From assembly GCA_028279595.1 (NCBI GenBank), contig JANQNK010000001.1, forward strand, positions 69,016 to 133,015: a DNA stretch of 64,000 nt, given 5' to 3'. The stretch's first letter is position 1. Every line of letters starts with the position of its first letter. Positions 1 to 9,599 of the stretch are shown here, piece after piece. The translations under genes and the position numbers were made by a program. This DNA comes from Thermoplasmatota archaeon. Its GTDB lineage: Archaea > Thermoplasmatota > JAKEGO01. The notes below the pieces were generated by a model that saw only the letters and a program-made list of their open reading frames with translations, ran no database searches and was not told where the DNA came from.

Positions 1-279
1 ACTGGCGAAACCCGGAAGGGTCGCGGCCCACACCGAACTCCGGGGATTGTGTTTCATGGTGCACGAGCCCAGCGGATAGAAGCCGGACTCGACGCAGTGG
101 TTCATCTGGCTGAGCCTGACGTAATGGCGCATCACCTCGGCCTCGGTGAGGTCGGGAAGGTCGACCGTACCCTTCAATCCGTCAGGTATGTGCCCTGTCG
201 CAGACCGAACATGGCTCTCACCGCCTATCTCGAAGACCGTGCCCTCGTCGTACCGGGCCATCCTGTACTGGCCGGTCAT
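1..279 (-). CDS. gcvPB: glycine dehydrogenase (decarboxylating) subunit 2, N-terminal part; gene runs off the left edge
   Basis: Open minus frame from ATG at 277-279 ([21 protein letters not shown]...[36 protein letters not shown]) matches the conserved GcvPB N-terminus. ATGA start/stop overlap with gcvPA. Absent from the ORF track because it has no stop inside the window. Confidence 0.85.
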   Translation of the reverse strand, partial: MTGQYRMARYDEGTVFEIGGESHVRSATGHIPDGLKGTVDLPDLTEAEVMRHYVRLSQMNHCVESGFYPLGSCTMKHNPRSSVWAATLPGFAS

Positions 280-1568
280 ACGAGCACCTCCTTCAGGGCG
301 GCACCGAACCTCTCTATATCGGCCGCCGTGTGCTTTTCAGTGGTCGCTACCAGGATGTGGTCCGCAAGCCCCGATCCGTCAAGGTCGATCCCTGGAAGGA
401 CACCTCTGTTCAGCATCTCGGCGCTGAACTCATCGAAAGGCATTGGAAGTCTGACCGTGAATTCGTTAAAATGATGGCCGTCGAAGGCTGGTTCGATCCC
501 GACAGCCTTGAACTGCTCCTCCAGGAGCGCCCTGTTGTCGAGGCACCTCTCGGCGATGTCCACCAGCCCCGGTCCGACGACGCTCAGGTACGCGGTCCCC
601 ATGACGGCGCAGAGGCCGTGGTTCGTGCAGATGTTCGATGTCGCCCGGTGGCGTCGGATATGCTGCTCCCTCGTCTGGAGGGTCATCGTGAAGGCCCGGT
701 TCCCGTCGGAGTTCTGGGTCATGGCTATCAGCCGCCCGGGCATCTGCCTGACATGCTTCTTCGTCGAAGCCATGACACCCAGGAGAGGGCCGCCGAACCC
801 CATCGGGATCCCGAGGGGCTGGCCCTCTGCGACGACGATATCGGCGCCGTACCCTCCCGGAGCCTTCAGCACTCCGAGGGATATCGGGTTCACGCCCACG
901 ATGAGGACGTCGACCTTCTCGCGAATTGCGTCCAGTTTATCCTCGATGACCCCGAAATAGTTGGGTGTCTCGACGTACATGATCCCGCCTTCGGGAACAC
1001 CGTCCAGATCGAGAGTACCCATCGTCCGGTCGTACGGGACCTTTTCAATGGAGATACCTGCTGTGTCCGAGTAATTGTGAAGTACTGACACCTTCCAAGG
1101 CGCGATCGCCTCTGGTATATGAACGACGTCGCCCCTCGAGATCCTCGCGGCCATCCGCACGGCCTCGCCCAGGGCCGTGGCGCCGTCGTACATGGAAGCG
1201 TTCACGACGTCCATCTTCAGCAGCCTGGCCAGGAGGCTCTGGTACTCGAATATGGCCTGGAGCATCCCCTGGCTCATCTCGGGCTGGTACGGTGTGTATG
1301 CTGAGAGGAACTCCGCCCTCGACGCGATCTCCATGACCGCAGGCGGGATGTGGTGGTCGTAGACGCCGCCTCCGAGGAACGAAAGGAGCGGCCCGACCGG
1401 CGTGTTCAGCGATGCCAGGTCCTCGAGATGTCTGTGGAGGTCCACCTCGGCCATCGGGCCGGGAAGGTCCAATCCGGCCCTGACGTCCTCCGGGACGTCC
1501 GAGAAGAGCTCCGATATGTCGGATACGCCGACCGCCTCGAGCATGGCCCTGACATCTTCCTGCGTCAT
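276..1568 (-). CDS. gcvPA: glycine dehydrogenase (decarboxylating) subunit 1
   Basis: ORF 276..1688. The homology-consistent start is the internal Met at 1568 ([15 protein letters not shown]), which leaves a gap to tmk. Conserved GcvPA blocks present: [39 protein letters not shown]. Confidence 0.9.
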   Translation of the reverse strand: MTQEDVRAMLEAVGVSDISELFSDVPEDVRAGLDLPGPMAEVDLHRHLEDLASLNTPVGPLLSFLGGGVYDHHIPPAVMEIASRAEFLSAYTPYQPEMSQGMLQAIFEYQSLLARLLKMDVVNASMYDGATALGEAVRMAARISRGDVVHIPEAIAPWKVSVLHNYSDTAGISIEKVPYDRTMGTLDLDGVPEGGIMYVETPNYFGVIEDKLDAIREKVDVLIVGVNPISLGVLKAPGGYGADIVVAEGQPLGIPMGFGGPLLGVMASTKKHVRQMPGRLIAMTQNSDGNRAFTMTLQTREQHIRRHRATSNICTNHGLCAVMGTAYLSVVGPGLVDIAERCLDNRALLEEQFKAVGIEPAFDGHHFNEFTVRLPMPFDEFSAEMLNRGVLPGIDLDGSGLADHILVATTEKHTAADIERFGAALKEVLV

Positions 1569-1617
1569 CGCGTCACCTATGTGTTGGTAGATGAGGATTT
1601 CACGGAAAAGGTTTGCC

Positions 1618-2196
1618 CTAGTCCTCGAGCATCTCGAGGACGACCTCCTCGGCCTTCCCGAGGACGGTCTCGATGGGCTTCCCCGCATCTATGGACACTG
1701 TGTTCCGTGGCAGGATCTCGTCGAAGACGGCCTTAACCTTGCGGAGGAACTCGGTGTCCTCGAACCTGTCGTGGTTCTTTAGGCGCGAGACTCCTATGTC
1801 CGGCGGGACCTCGAGGTGGATGACCGCGTCGGCGTCCGGCGCGAAACCGTTTATGAACCTCAGGAAGGCCATGTCCACGCCCTCCGCCCCCTGGTATGCC
1901 AGGGACGAGTAGAGGTAGCGGTCGGTGACGACCCACTTGCCCTGCTCAAGAGCCGGCATCACGACGTTCTGGACATGTCCGTGCCTGTCGGCAGCGAACA
2001 GCAGGGCTCTCTGATATGGAGTCAGTTCGAGCTTCCCGAGGCTCTTGCGGATGACGTCTCCGATGGGACCCTTCGTCGGTTCCTGGGTGAGTACGACCTC
2101 GATCCCGCGGTCTACCAAGAAATCGTGTATGTACTTTGCGACGGTCGTCTTCCCCGATCCGTCTATTCCCTCAATCGCCAGGAACGCTCCCGTCAT
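1618..2196 (-). CDS. tmk: thymidylate kinase
   Basis: P-loop EGIDGSGKTT, LTQEPT and VTDRYLYSSLAYQ blocks typical of dTMP kinase. TAG stop. Confidence 0.9.
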   Translation of the reverse strand: MTGAFLAIEGIDGSGKTTVAKYIHDFLVDRGIEVVLTQEPTKGPIGDVIRKSLGKLELTPYQRALLFAADRHGHVQNVVMPALEQGKWVVTDRYLYSSLAYQGAEGVDMAFLRFINGFAPDADAVIHLEVPPDIGVSRLKNHDRFEDTEFLRKVKAVFDEILPRNTVSIDAGKPIETVLGKAEEVVLEMLED

Positions 2197-2857
2197 CGCT
2201 CTCCCCCTCCCTGTCGATCATCGACATGAACTTCGACGGGACCTCGTCCGTCAGGTAGACCACCGTCCCGGCCTGGCAGATGACGATCTCGTCCTCCATG
2301 GCCGATCTCGCGTCGATCTCGATGATTATCGGCGATCCTTCCCTGTGGCGTCCGGCCTCCATCGCCTGCTCGTACGTCTTGCTGAGGTGGACGAACTTCC
2401 TGTCCGTCGGCTTCAGGCCGGTCTCGAACAGCAGTTCGACCTCCTCCGCCGTGGTCGGATAGAAAAGGGAGTCCGGCACGGTATCGGTCGGGTGGTCAAG
2501 CTCGAGATCGATGGTGTGCCCGTAGGTCGCCCTGATCTCGTTCCCGTCGATCTGGTAGCGCCCCTTCGGGTCGGTCTCGACTATCGCCCTCAGGTGATGC
2601 GGCTTGAGCCAGTGAAGCGTTATCCTGTGGTCCCGGACCGACTCGACGAGCTCGTCGATGTTCGCCCATCCGTTCTCGCTGAGCTCGATGTCGAACTTCT
2701 CCGGGAAATGACGGAGAACGCCGGCCATTATCCTTCCGAGATGCCCGAGCTCCTCCCCGGACATGAGGTATCGCCCGTCGCTGCCGCACGCTGTGCAGGT
2801 CTTTCCGCGGAAATAACCGTGCTCCTCGCATCTACGCAATGCTGGTTCCTCTGTCAT
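2171..2857 (-). CDS. kptA: RNA 2'-phosphotransferase (Tpt1/KptA family) with a Cys/His-rich N-terminal knuckle
   Basis: Tpt1 core blocks present (LSENGWANIDELV, ETDPKGRYQ, IRATYGHT, FVHLS). N-terminal CEEHGYFRGKTCTAC. 26-nt overlap with the tmk start. Confidence 0.85.
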   Translation of the reverse strand: MTEEPALRRCEEHGYFRGKTCTACGSDGRYLMSGEELGHLGRIMAGVLRHFPEKFDIELSENGWANIDELVESVRDHRITLHWLKPHHLRAIVETDPKGRYQIDGNEIRATYGHTIDLELDHPTDTVPDSLFYPTTAEEVELLFETGLKPTDRKFVHLSKTYEQAMEAGRHREGSPIIIEIDARSAMEDEIVICQAGTVVYLTDEVPSKFMSMIDREGESDDGSVPGD

Positions 2858-2949
2858 ACGATTCCATTCATCCTCTGCATGGTATAAAAAGATGGTCCTT
2901 TTCGGTACCAGAACGTCCCCTTTTTAATCGATAACGCATATCGTCGTCC

Positions 2950-3273
2950 ATGCCCCAACGCCGGGGAAGGCGCGGGCGCAGGACCAAGGAGACAGTCGAT
3001 CTCGTCAAGCGGCGGATAAGGCGTCTCTTCGACCTCGCCGACGCTGAGGCCAAGGCAGGCAACGCCGGGCTCGCCGACAGGTACATGGCGATGGCGAGGA
3101 AGCTGAGCACGAGGTACAACGTCCGGATCCCGCGTAGCATGAAGAGGCGGATGTGTCCCGATTGCCAGGCCTACCTGATGATCGGGGATGCGGCAACCTA
3201 CAGGGTCCGAAGGGGGCGGGTCATCGTGCACTGCCAGAGGTGCGGGGCGACCATCAGACGGCCCTACAAGTGA
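2950..3273 (+). CDS. rnp4: RNase P protein component 4 (Rpr2/Rpp21 family)
   Basis: Basic helical N-terminus (RIRRLFDLADAE...ADRYMAMARKLSTRYNVRIP) followed by a CPDC...CQRCG zinc ribbon, the Rpp21 architecture. Divergent from kptA. Confidence 0.8.
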   Translation: MPQRRGRRGRRTKETVDLVKRRIRRLFDLADAEAKAGNAGLADRYMAMARKLSTRYNVRIPRSMKRRMCPDCQAYLMIGDAATYRVRRGRVIVHCQRCGATIRRPYK

Positions 3274-3302
3274 TTGTCAAGAGTCTTCAGAAATCTATTA
3301 GT
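3272..3302 (+). promoter_or_regulatory. conserved upstream element GATTGTCAAG-N4-TTCAG-N3-CTATTA (promoter of surface-protein paralog 1)
   Basis: Near-identical element repeated at 4945-4976 upstream of the paralogous gene. The CTATTA(A/G) TATA-like part lies about 35 nt before each ATG. Confidence 0.55.
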
Positions 3303-3334
3303 GTGAGTAACTGCCCTCACGTATTGGGGGTATT

Positions 3335-4921
3335 ATGTTTATCCGTATGAGGGTCCTGGGCATCGGGCTGCTGCTCGCGATATCTGTTCTCACGTTATTT
3401 ACCGGCGCTTCGGAAGCGACCGTCGATGTCGGATATATCGATGTCATCGGAGGAGCACAGATCATCGATCAGGACGAGATCGCCGAGTACGACGTCTCGA
3501 TGGATGTCGAGGTGACGAACGGTTCAGCAGATGTTTCCGCGACGATATCGGAGGCCACCGACGGCTGGACCGCATGGGTCGACGAAGGCGGGAACGAGAT
3601 CACATGGACAGGTGTTAACGAATCCGGATACCTCAACTTCACCCTTTACGTACAGCCTCCCGAAAGGGCAGGCTCGGAAGCGCTCGTCCTCGACATATGG
3701 GCGAACTCGACGGATGGAAAGGACGAGGCGACATCGCTGTCGACGTTCGTCAATGGCCATTCGATAGAGGTGACCTTTCCGGCAGACTCGATCAAGGTCA
3801 GTCCCGAGGAGGGAGAAAATATCGAGACGGTCCAGTTCGAGGTAGAGAACACCGGCGATTCTCCCGACGACATCAAGGTGACCGTGGATCAGGACCCCGG
3901 TCCAAACCCGGGCAATCTCGATTGGGTCGATATCTCCTACGAAGAGCTCACCGGTCTCGGTCCGGACCATACGATCCAGGACATGAAGACAGATGTCATC
4001 GAGCTCGTGCATGTCGAGTTCGACGTCGGAAGTGTTCCGATCGATGCAGCCACTGGAAATTACACCTACATGATAACTTTCGACTGCGTCCCCGGCAATC
4101 CCGAGGATCCAGGGATAATCTTCACCCATTACCTTACGCTCGTGGTCGACAGGGTCGCCGGAATGTACGTCGAGTTAAACGAGACCCAGGCAGAGATCGA
4201 CGTCGGCGCGCATATCACCGATGACCACGCCCTCGTGGACATCATGGTCCAGAACTCGGGCAACTTCAACGACACGTTCAAGGTACAGACGTTCGCGACC
4301 TCCGCCGATGTCGACATCTCCTTCGACGACAGGGGTGACCCCGCCGAATTCGCCATGCGATCGGGACTGACGCGGACCATTCAAATGAAGATTACCGTGG
4401 ACCCGAGGACCCGGGGGGGAATCGAGGAGTTCGTCATCAGGATATCCTCTGCCGAGGGCGGGTTCGTCAACGAGACCGATTTCAATCTTACAGTGCTGGG
4501 ACCGGACATCCGGTTCACGAAACATGACATTCAAATGGTAAATCCTGAACCGGGAACAGGGGAGGACAAGGTGTTTCGAGTCCGCGTATGGAACAATGGA
4601 ACCTCGCCCGCCACGGACCTCAAGATCAGCTACTACCAGGGAGGCATCCTGAAAGGGAACTACACCATCGACTTCCTCAGGAACGGCAGGTACGAGGACG
4701 TCATCTTCGATTGGGACGGCAAGGACAGGTCCCGGTGCAGGTTCCAGACCGAGGGTGCAATGCCCGAGGAGCTCAATATCAGGTTTGATTTCGTACGTGC
4801 TCCGGAAGAAGAGATCAAGAGAGACCAGCTGGGTGCCTTACTCCAGATCGCAGCCGTCGGCATCATCGCTGGCGTCGTGGTGATGCTGTACTACCACCAC
4901 TACCTGAGCTGGAGGTTCTGA
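3335..4921 (+). CDS. surface (glyco)protein: signal peptide, CARDB/COG1470-like beta domains, C-terminal TM anchor
   Basis: N-terminal hydrophobic signal (VLGIGLLLAISVLTLFTGA). Repeated F.VEN.G....D beta-sandwich motifs and a CARDB-like VRVWNNGTSPATDL block. Many N-x-S/T sequons. C-terminal TM AAVGIIAGVVVMLYY. Paralog of 5008..6651. Confidence 0.7.
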   Translation: MFIRMRVLGIGLLLAISVLTLFTGASEATVDVGYIDVIGGAQIIDQDEIAEYDVSMDVEVTNGSADVSATISEATDGWTAWVDEGGNEITWTGVNESGYLNFTLYVQPPERAGSEALVLDIWANSTDGKDEATSLSTFVNGHSIEVTFPADSIKVSPEEGENIETVQFEVENTGDSPDDIKVTVDQDPGPNPGNLDWVDISYEELTGLGPDHTIQDMKTDVIELVHVEFDVGSVPIDAATGNYTYMITFDCVPGNPEDPGIIFTHYLTLVVDRVAGMYVELNETQAEIDVGAHITDDHALVDIMVQNSGNFNDTFKVQTFATSADVDISFDDRGDPAEFAMRSGLTRTIQMKITVDPRTRGGIEEFVIRISSAEGGFVNETDFNLTVLGPDIRFTKHDIQMVNPEPGTGEDKVFRVRVWNNGTSPATDLKISYYQGGILKGNYTIDFLRNGRYEDVIFDWDGKDRSRCRFQTEGAMPEELNIRFDFVRAPEEEIKRDQLGALLQIAAVGIIAGVVVMLYYHHYLSWRF

Positions 4922-4944
4922 GTCCTCTGGATGCAATTTATCAC

Positions 4945-4976
4945 GATTGTCAAGCGGTTTCAGTAAGCTATTAAAG
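4945..4976 (+). promoter_or_regulatory. conserved upstream element (promoter of surface-protein paralog 2)
   Basis: cgattgtcaagcggtttcagtaagctattaaagg compared with tgattgtcaagagtcttcagaaatctattagtg at 3272-3302. Confidence 0.55.
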
Positions 4977-5007
4977 GCATGAGAATTCCTATTTTCTAGG
5001 GATCAGT

Positions 5008-6651
5008 ATGCGTGTCTGTTGGCGAATCGCGTTTGGTTTGATGTCGATCTTAATCCTTGTTACGTTCCTTACTGGAGCGACCGAGGGTAGTGTCGATGTC
5101 ACAGGTATCGATGTCGAAAAAGGAACAATTTGGATAGGATCGCACGAGGTCGCGACCTTCAACGTCACCATCAACATCACAGCCGACGGCGGAGAGGCCG
5201 ACATCTACGTCAACCTCTCGGACGAGCTGGCCGGATGGAGCTCATGGGTCGAAGGATCCGATGACTCCCACGTCTTTGAGAACGTCAGCACGACCCAGCA
5301 GATAATATTCAACGTGATCGTCGACCCCGACTCCGAGGCCGAGGAGGACGACCAGAGCACCACCGACATCTCGGTCCAGTCCTCGAACGGGACGAACAGG
5401 TTGAGGACCGTCAAGACAAAGATCAGAGGGTATTCAATATCTGTCGCATTTCCCACGAACAAAACGAAGGTAAGCCCTGTGGAGGGGGACAATAACGAGA
5501 CACTACAGTTCGATGTAGAGAACACGGGCGATGGACCGGACGACATCGAGATCAGGATATCAGAGACGCCTGGCCTCGAGGGCTCGGACATCGAGCCTGG
5601 TGAACTCAATTGGATCAGCTCCATAGGCCCATTTGACGACAAAGCGAACGGAACTTCCTACCTTTTCGAAGACCTGGAGGCCAATACTCCTCAGACGGTA
5701 TTCCTGGAGTTCGACGTTGGCACAATACCCGTCGATGCCGAGGCTGGTGAATATTCCTTCATGGTGCACATAGAATCGAAGGGAGCAGCTCATGGGGATC
5801 CCGATGCAAACGAGTATGTCAATATCACGTTGGAGATCGAAAAGGTAGCCGGTTTCGAATGGACCATGGACATGGATGATGGAGAGATCGACCCCACCGG
5901 TCTCGACAAACAGGATGAAATCGATGTACCAATAACCATTCACAACCAGGGTAACTTCGATGATGCATACAAGGTCGAGACCGTGGGTCTTTCCCCTGAC
6001 GTTGATGTGATCTTCGGATGGCATGATACAAATCCCGCAACATTTAATATCGATTCAGATCAGGAAGCGGTAGTAACGATGGTGATTACAGTTGATGAGG
6101 ACATACTCGAGGGTTGGAACAATTTCACTGTTCGAATATCCTCTTCGGATGCTAGTTCTGAGACAAGAAAATTCAATCTATCCATCCTTGCCCCCGACAT
6201 CAAGATCGCCGACAATGACATCACACTTTCCGAAAACGTTACGGACATTGAGGAGAATGACGATGTCCTCGTTCACGTCCGCATTTGGAACAACGGTTCA
6301 GGTCCAGTAGAGGATCTCGTGATCAACTTCATCGTTGGTAGTACATGGGTGGACAACGTCACGATCGAGGAAATCGGAGCTGATCGGTGGGAAGACATTG
6401 ATTTCAACTGGACCATCGGGAACACCACCGACCAGACGATAAAGATCCAGACGGACGGTGCCAAACCGGACGAACTGAACGTCATCAAGACCTTCAGCTT
6501 CCCAAAGATCGTTGAGGAAGAGCCAGAAACCCCTGAGGACGACGAGGAAGACAAGGGAGGATTGACGGCGACACAGGCCGGGGTCGCTGGACTGCTGGTC
6601 ATCGTTGTAGTGGTCGTGGCACTGTTCTTCCTGATGCAGAGGAAGAAGTAG
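5008..6651 (+). CDS. surface (glyco)protein, tandem paralog of 3335..4921
   Basis: Same architecture and collinear motifs (VAFPTNKTKVSPVEGDNNETLQFDVENTGDGPDDIE vs VTFPADSIKVSPEEGENIETVQFEVENTGDSPDDIK; VHVRIWNNGSGPVEDL). C-terminal acidic linker, TM segment and RKK tail. Confidence 0.7.
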   Translation: MRVCWRIAFGLMSILILVTFLTGATEGSVDVTGIDVEKGTIWIGSHEVATFNVTINITADGGEADIYVNLSDELAGWSSWVEGSDDSHVFENVSTTQQIIFNVIVDPDSEAEEDDQSTTDISVQSSNGTNRLRTVKTKIRGYSISVAFPTNKTKVSPVEGDNNETLQFDVENTGDGPDDIEIRISETPGLEGSDIEPGELNWISSIGPFDDKANGTSYLFEDLEANTPQTVFLEFDVGTIPVDAEAGEYSFMVHIESKGAAHGDPDANEYVNITLEIEKVAGFEWTMDMDDGEIDPTGLDKQDEIDVPITIHNQGNFDDAYKVETVGLSPDVDVIFGWHDTNPATFNIDSDQEAVVTMVITVDEDILEGWNNFTVRISSSDASSETRKFNLSILAPDIKIADNDITLSENVTDIEENDDVLVHVRIWNNGSGPVEDLVINFIVGSTWVDNVTIEEIGADRWEDIDFNWTIGNTTDQTIKIQTDGAKPDELNVIKTFSFPKIVEEEPETPEDDEEDKGGLTATQAGVAGLLVIVVVVVALFFLMQRKK

Positions 6652-6653
6652 TA

Positions 6654-7688
6654 TCAATCTCCGAAGACACCCTTGATCTCATCCGCCTTCAGAACACCCT
6701 TCTCGGTGATGAAGCCAGTGATATACCTCGCAGGAGTGACGTCAAATGCCGGATTGCGGGCCACTGCGCCCTCCGGACCGACTCGCAAGCCTCCCCACTC
6801 CAGTACTTCGTCCTGAGACCGCTCCTCGATTGGAATGGCGTCTCCGGATTCGGCGGTGGGATCGAACGTCGTCGCGGGAGCGGCGATGTAGAATGGGATA
6901 CCATTCTCATGTGCAACGACAGCCTTCTCGTAGGTACCGATCTTGTTAGCGGCATCGCCGTTCATCGCGATCCTGTCGGCACCAGTTATTACCATGTCGA
7001 CCTCGCCCCGGGACATGAAGTGTCCCGCAGCGTTGTCCACGATTATCGCGTTGGGTATCCCTTCCATCCTGAGCTCCCAGGCCGTCAATCTGGCACCCTG
7101 GTAACGGGGCCGGGTCTCGTCGACGAAGACATAGGGCTTCTTGCCATGGTAATGGGCGAACCTTATCGGTGCGAGCGCCGTTCCCCAGTAAACGGTAGCT
7201 AAAGCCCCGGCGTTGCAATGAGTGAGTATCTTCATATCCTTCGAGATCAGCTCGGCACCGGTCTCTCCGATGGTCCTGCAGGCCTCCTCGATCTCAGAAG
7301 CGTAATCTATCGCTGCCGCAACGGGGTCCTTCCCCGATGTCCAGACGTCAGCTATCCTGTCGACCGCGGTGAAGAGGTCCTTCGCAGTTGGACGGCTCGC
7401 TTCGAGCTTCTCTTTGGCTTTATCCATGTCAACGCCATTGACGTATGCAAGTGCCATTCCGTAGGCTGCGGCGATACCGATGGCGGGAGCTCCCCTGACC
7501 ACCATATCGGTTATGCTGGCCGCAAGCTTATCGACGCTGTGGATATTCTCGAAGACGAAGTCGTGCGGCAGCATCCTCTGGTCGAGCATGACGATGTGGT
7601 CGTCCTTCCACTCAACTGCCAAGGGGACCTTCTGCTCGGGAGCCGTCATGGTGATGTGAACGGTCTGGCGATACTTTACACTAACCAT
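6654..7688 (-). CDS. mtnA: methylthioribose-1-phosphate isomerase family protein (eIF-2B alpha/beta/delta-like)
   Basis: MLDQRMLP, MVVRGAPAIGIAAAYG, THCNAGALAT, VDETRPRYQGARLTAWEL and GADRIAMNGDAANKIGTY blocks. The exact substrate (MTR-1-P or a ribose bisphosphate) is not decidable from sequence alone. Confidence 0.8.
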   Translation of the reverse strand: MVSVKYRQTVHITMTAPEQKVPLAVEWKDDHIVMLDQRMLPHDFVFENIHSVDKLAASITDMVVRGAPAIGIAAAYGMALAYVNGVDMDKAKEKLEASRPTAKDLFTAVDRIADVWTSGKDPVAAAIDYASEIEEACRTIGETGAELISKDMKILTHCNAGALATVYWGTALAPIRFAHYHGKKPYVFVDETRPRYQGARLTAWELRMEGIPNAIIVDNAAGHFMSRGEVDMVITGADRIAMNGDAANKIGTYEKAVVAHENGIPFYIAAPATTFDPTAESGDAIPIEERSQDEVLEWGGLRVGPEGAVARNPAFDVTPARYITGFITEKGVLKADEIKGVFGD

Positions 7689-7726
7689 GGCAACGCTTTT
7701 CTATAACTCAGACCTACACGAAAGAG

Positions 7727-8635
7727 ATGGAGATCGTCGTAGTGGGAGCTGGCGCTCTCGGCTCCCTCGTCGGAGGACTGCTCTCGGGCAGTCATGACGT
7801 CCACCTGCTGGGCAGGGGACCTCACATCGAGGCCATCAAGAAGAACGGCCTAACCATCACAGGGATCACCGAGAAGCACATCATGCTTCCAGCGTCCGAC
7901 AACACCGGGGACATGCCTCACAATCCCGACCTCATGATATTCACCGTCAAGGCCTACAATACCAGGGAAGCGGCGAGGGTCACCCACGACCTCGCAGGAC
8001 CACGGACCCGCGTCCTGACACTTTCGAACGGACTCTGCAACACCGAGATCCTGCAGGACGAGTTCGGCACACACAGGACCATATCCGGTGTAACCAGCAT
8101 GGCCGCCACCAGGCTCGACGACGGCGTCGTCGTCCACGCGGGTGTTGGACAGACAGTCATAGGCCGCCCGGATGGCAAGATAGACGACGATGTCCGCGAG
8201 ATCGCCGAGGTCCTGAGCCTGGCCTCACCGCTTACGACGAGCGAGAACATGTGCGGCGTCCTGCATCAGAAGGCCATCGCCAACGCTGCGATCAATCCTC
8301 TCACCGCGATAAACGACATCCCCAACGGCGAACTCCTTGAGCGCGAGGACCTGCGGGAGATGTTGGAAGCGATAGTCCAGGAGAGCGTCACTGTCGCTGA
8401 ATCCCGCGGCATCATCCTGCCTGAAGAAGACGTGCTCGAATATGTCCTTGAGATCGTCAGGAACACTTCCGAGAACCGGTCCAGCATGCTTCAGGACATC
8501 GACAAGAGACGTCCGACCGAGGTTGACTACATCAATGGTGCTTTCTACACATACGGTAAGGAGGTCGGCGTGGAGACACCTGTGAACCTGGAACTCGTAC
8601 GCGCTGTCCACAAGATCGAACGGGAATTCGATTGA
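7727..8635 (+). CDS. panE: 2-dehydropantoate 2-reductase
   Basis: N-terminal Rossmann VVGAGALGSLVGGLL and ApbA/PanE C-terminal blocks (NAAINPLTAINDIPNGELL, SSMLQDIDKRRPTEVDYING). Confidence 0.8.
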   Translation: MEIVVVGAGALGSLVGGLLSGSHDVHLLGRGPHIEAIKKNGLTITGITEKHIMLPASDNTGDMPHNPDLMIFTVKAYNTREAARVTHDLAGPRTRVLTLSNGLCNTEILQDEFGTHRTISGVTSMAATRLDDGVVVHAGVGQTVIGRPDGKIDDDVREIAEVLSLASPLTTSENMCGVLHQKAIANAAINPLTAINDIPNGELLEREDLREMLEAIVQESVTVAESRGIILPEEDVLEYVLEIVRNTSENRSSMLQDIDKRRPTEVDYINGAFYTYGKEVGVETPVNLELVRAVHKIEREFD

Positions 8636-8637
8636 AA

Positions 8638-9141
8638 CTACTTCTCGACGACTACCTTTCCTCTCGCCGACGGAACCACCTTCATCGGTCCGTCGAAGTC
8701 CTTCTCGAGCTCCTTTCCTTTGAATAACCTGTCAAGGAACACCGCCAGCGCAGCCACCTCGGAATGAGGCTGGTTACCAACGGCAATGTTGTGATCGGAT
8801 AGTTCGTACACGTCCCCGGGGACCTTCTCCGCCCCCACGACGATCATGACGTCCTTCCCGCGAAGGGAATCAACGACATCGTCCAGCTGCTCGCCGTACA
8901 TGGTAAGGTGAACGACGGGACCGTCCCACTCCTTCATGGATCTACGGTACCCTTTGACAGCTGTGACCTGGAAATCTCCACCAAAACGCTCGGCGACCCC
9001 GTCCACCGCTGAAGCGATGGCGGGGTCGTCACCTACGAGGACCAGACCGTCCGCTCCAAAAGCCCTGGCTACAAGCGCCACGTGCGTGGTTATCCTCTTG
9101 TCCCGTTGCGGTCTATGACCGATACGGAGTACGGTGAGCAT
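8638..9141 (-). CDS. trm56: tRNA (cytidine56-2'-O)-methyltransferase aTrm56
   Basis: VLRIGHRPQRDKRITTHVALVARAFGADG start, SPOUT-type C-terminus with NQPHSEVAALAVFLDRL. Archaea-specific family. Confidence 0.85.
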   Translation of the reverse strand: MLTVLRIGHRPQRDKRITTHVALVARAFGADGLVLVGDDPAIASAVDGVAERFGGDFQVTAVKGYRRSMKEWDGPVVHLTMYGEQLDDVVDSLRGKDVMIVVGAEKVPGDVYELSDHNIAVGNQPHSEVAALAVFLDRLFKGKELEKDFDGPMKVVPSARGKVVVEK

Positions 9142-9592
9142 CGATCTCGACCCTGGAGTGGAAGAGGATATACGTGCTCATCGACGTCAGCAGGAACGCG
9201 ATGAGAGCGTGACCAGCCTGCCCTCCGAAGTAGTTTATGGCCGAACCGATGATCACAAGCGACAGCATGAAGATCACACCGGTCATGAACCTGATGTTCA
9301 GGCTCTCGCTCGGCTTGAGGTCTATGTGGAGGACCTCGATCTTCAGCAACAGCGCCATGAGGAAACCCATTATCACGCAGAGCATGGTCACTCCTATGAC
9401 CTCGCTCTGAAGGTGCTGGATGAAGAAGTAGAAGTACGCTCCCAACGCGGTGAATCCCATCCCGGATACCGCTGCGAGGTTCTTCTCGTCCAGCAACTGC
9501 AGCATGTCCCCTAAGGGGGTAGATGCCTTCGGCGTCAGCTTAACGGGTGCCCACTTGTTCTGCGGGTTATGACTTACTCTCCTCATGTCCAT
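9113..9592 (-). CDS. hypothetical polytopic membrane protein
   Basis: About four hydrophobic helices. 29-nt overlap with the trm56 start. No recognisable motif. Confidence 0.5.
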   Translation of the reverse strand: MDMRRVSHNPQNKWAPVKLTPKASTPLGDMLQLLDEKNLAAVSGMGFTALGAYFYFFIQHLQSEVIGVTMLCVIMGFLMALLLKIEVLHIDLKPSESLNIRFMTGVIFMLSLVIIGSAINYFGGQAGHALIAFLLTSMSTYILFHSRVEIDAHRTPYRS

Positions 9593-9599
9593 CTCCTGG

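Noticed and set aside
489-499. tRNA T-loop-like GGTTCGATCCC.
   Set aside because: It lies inside gcvPA coding sequence (opposite strand). The flanks cannot form T-stem, acceptor or anticodon arms.
330-1088. Long ORFs antisense to or out of frame with clear genes. Examples: 330..1088+, 17069..18175+, 27003..27830+, 41628..42344-, 43443..44045-, 45269..46540+, 51023..51772-, 55471..56433-, 63094..63963-.
   Set aside because: They overlap strongly supported homologous genes. Their translations are Arg/Pro/Gly/Asp-rich low-information sequence typical of shadow frames in GC-rich DNA, and none carries a recognisable motif.
1618-1620. TAG codons as possible pyrrolysine read-through sites, relevant if the host were a methylotrophic Thermoplasmatota methanogen.
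   Set aside because: TAG terminates tmk and the 5008..6651 gene exactly where homology and architecture end. No methylamine methyltransferase or pyl genes are in the window.
6550-6651. PGF-CTERM/archaeosortase sorting signal at the C-termini of the surface proteins.
   Set aside because: No P-G-F tripeptide precedes the C-terminal TM in any of the anchored proteins (3335, 5008, 24451, 52349-, 55414). They look like plain TM anchors with basic tails.
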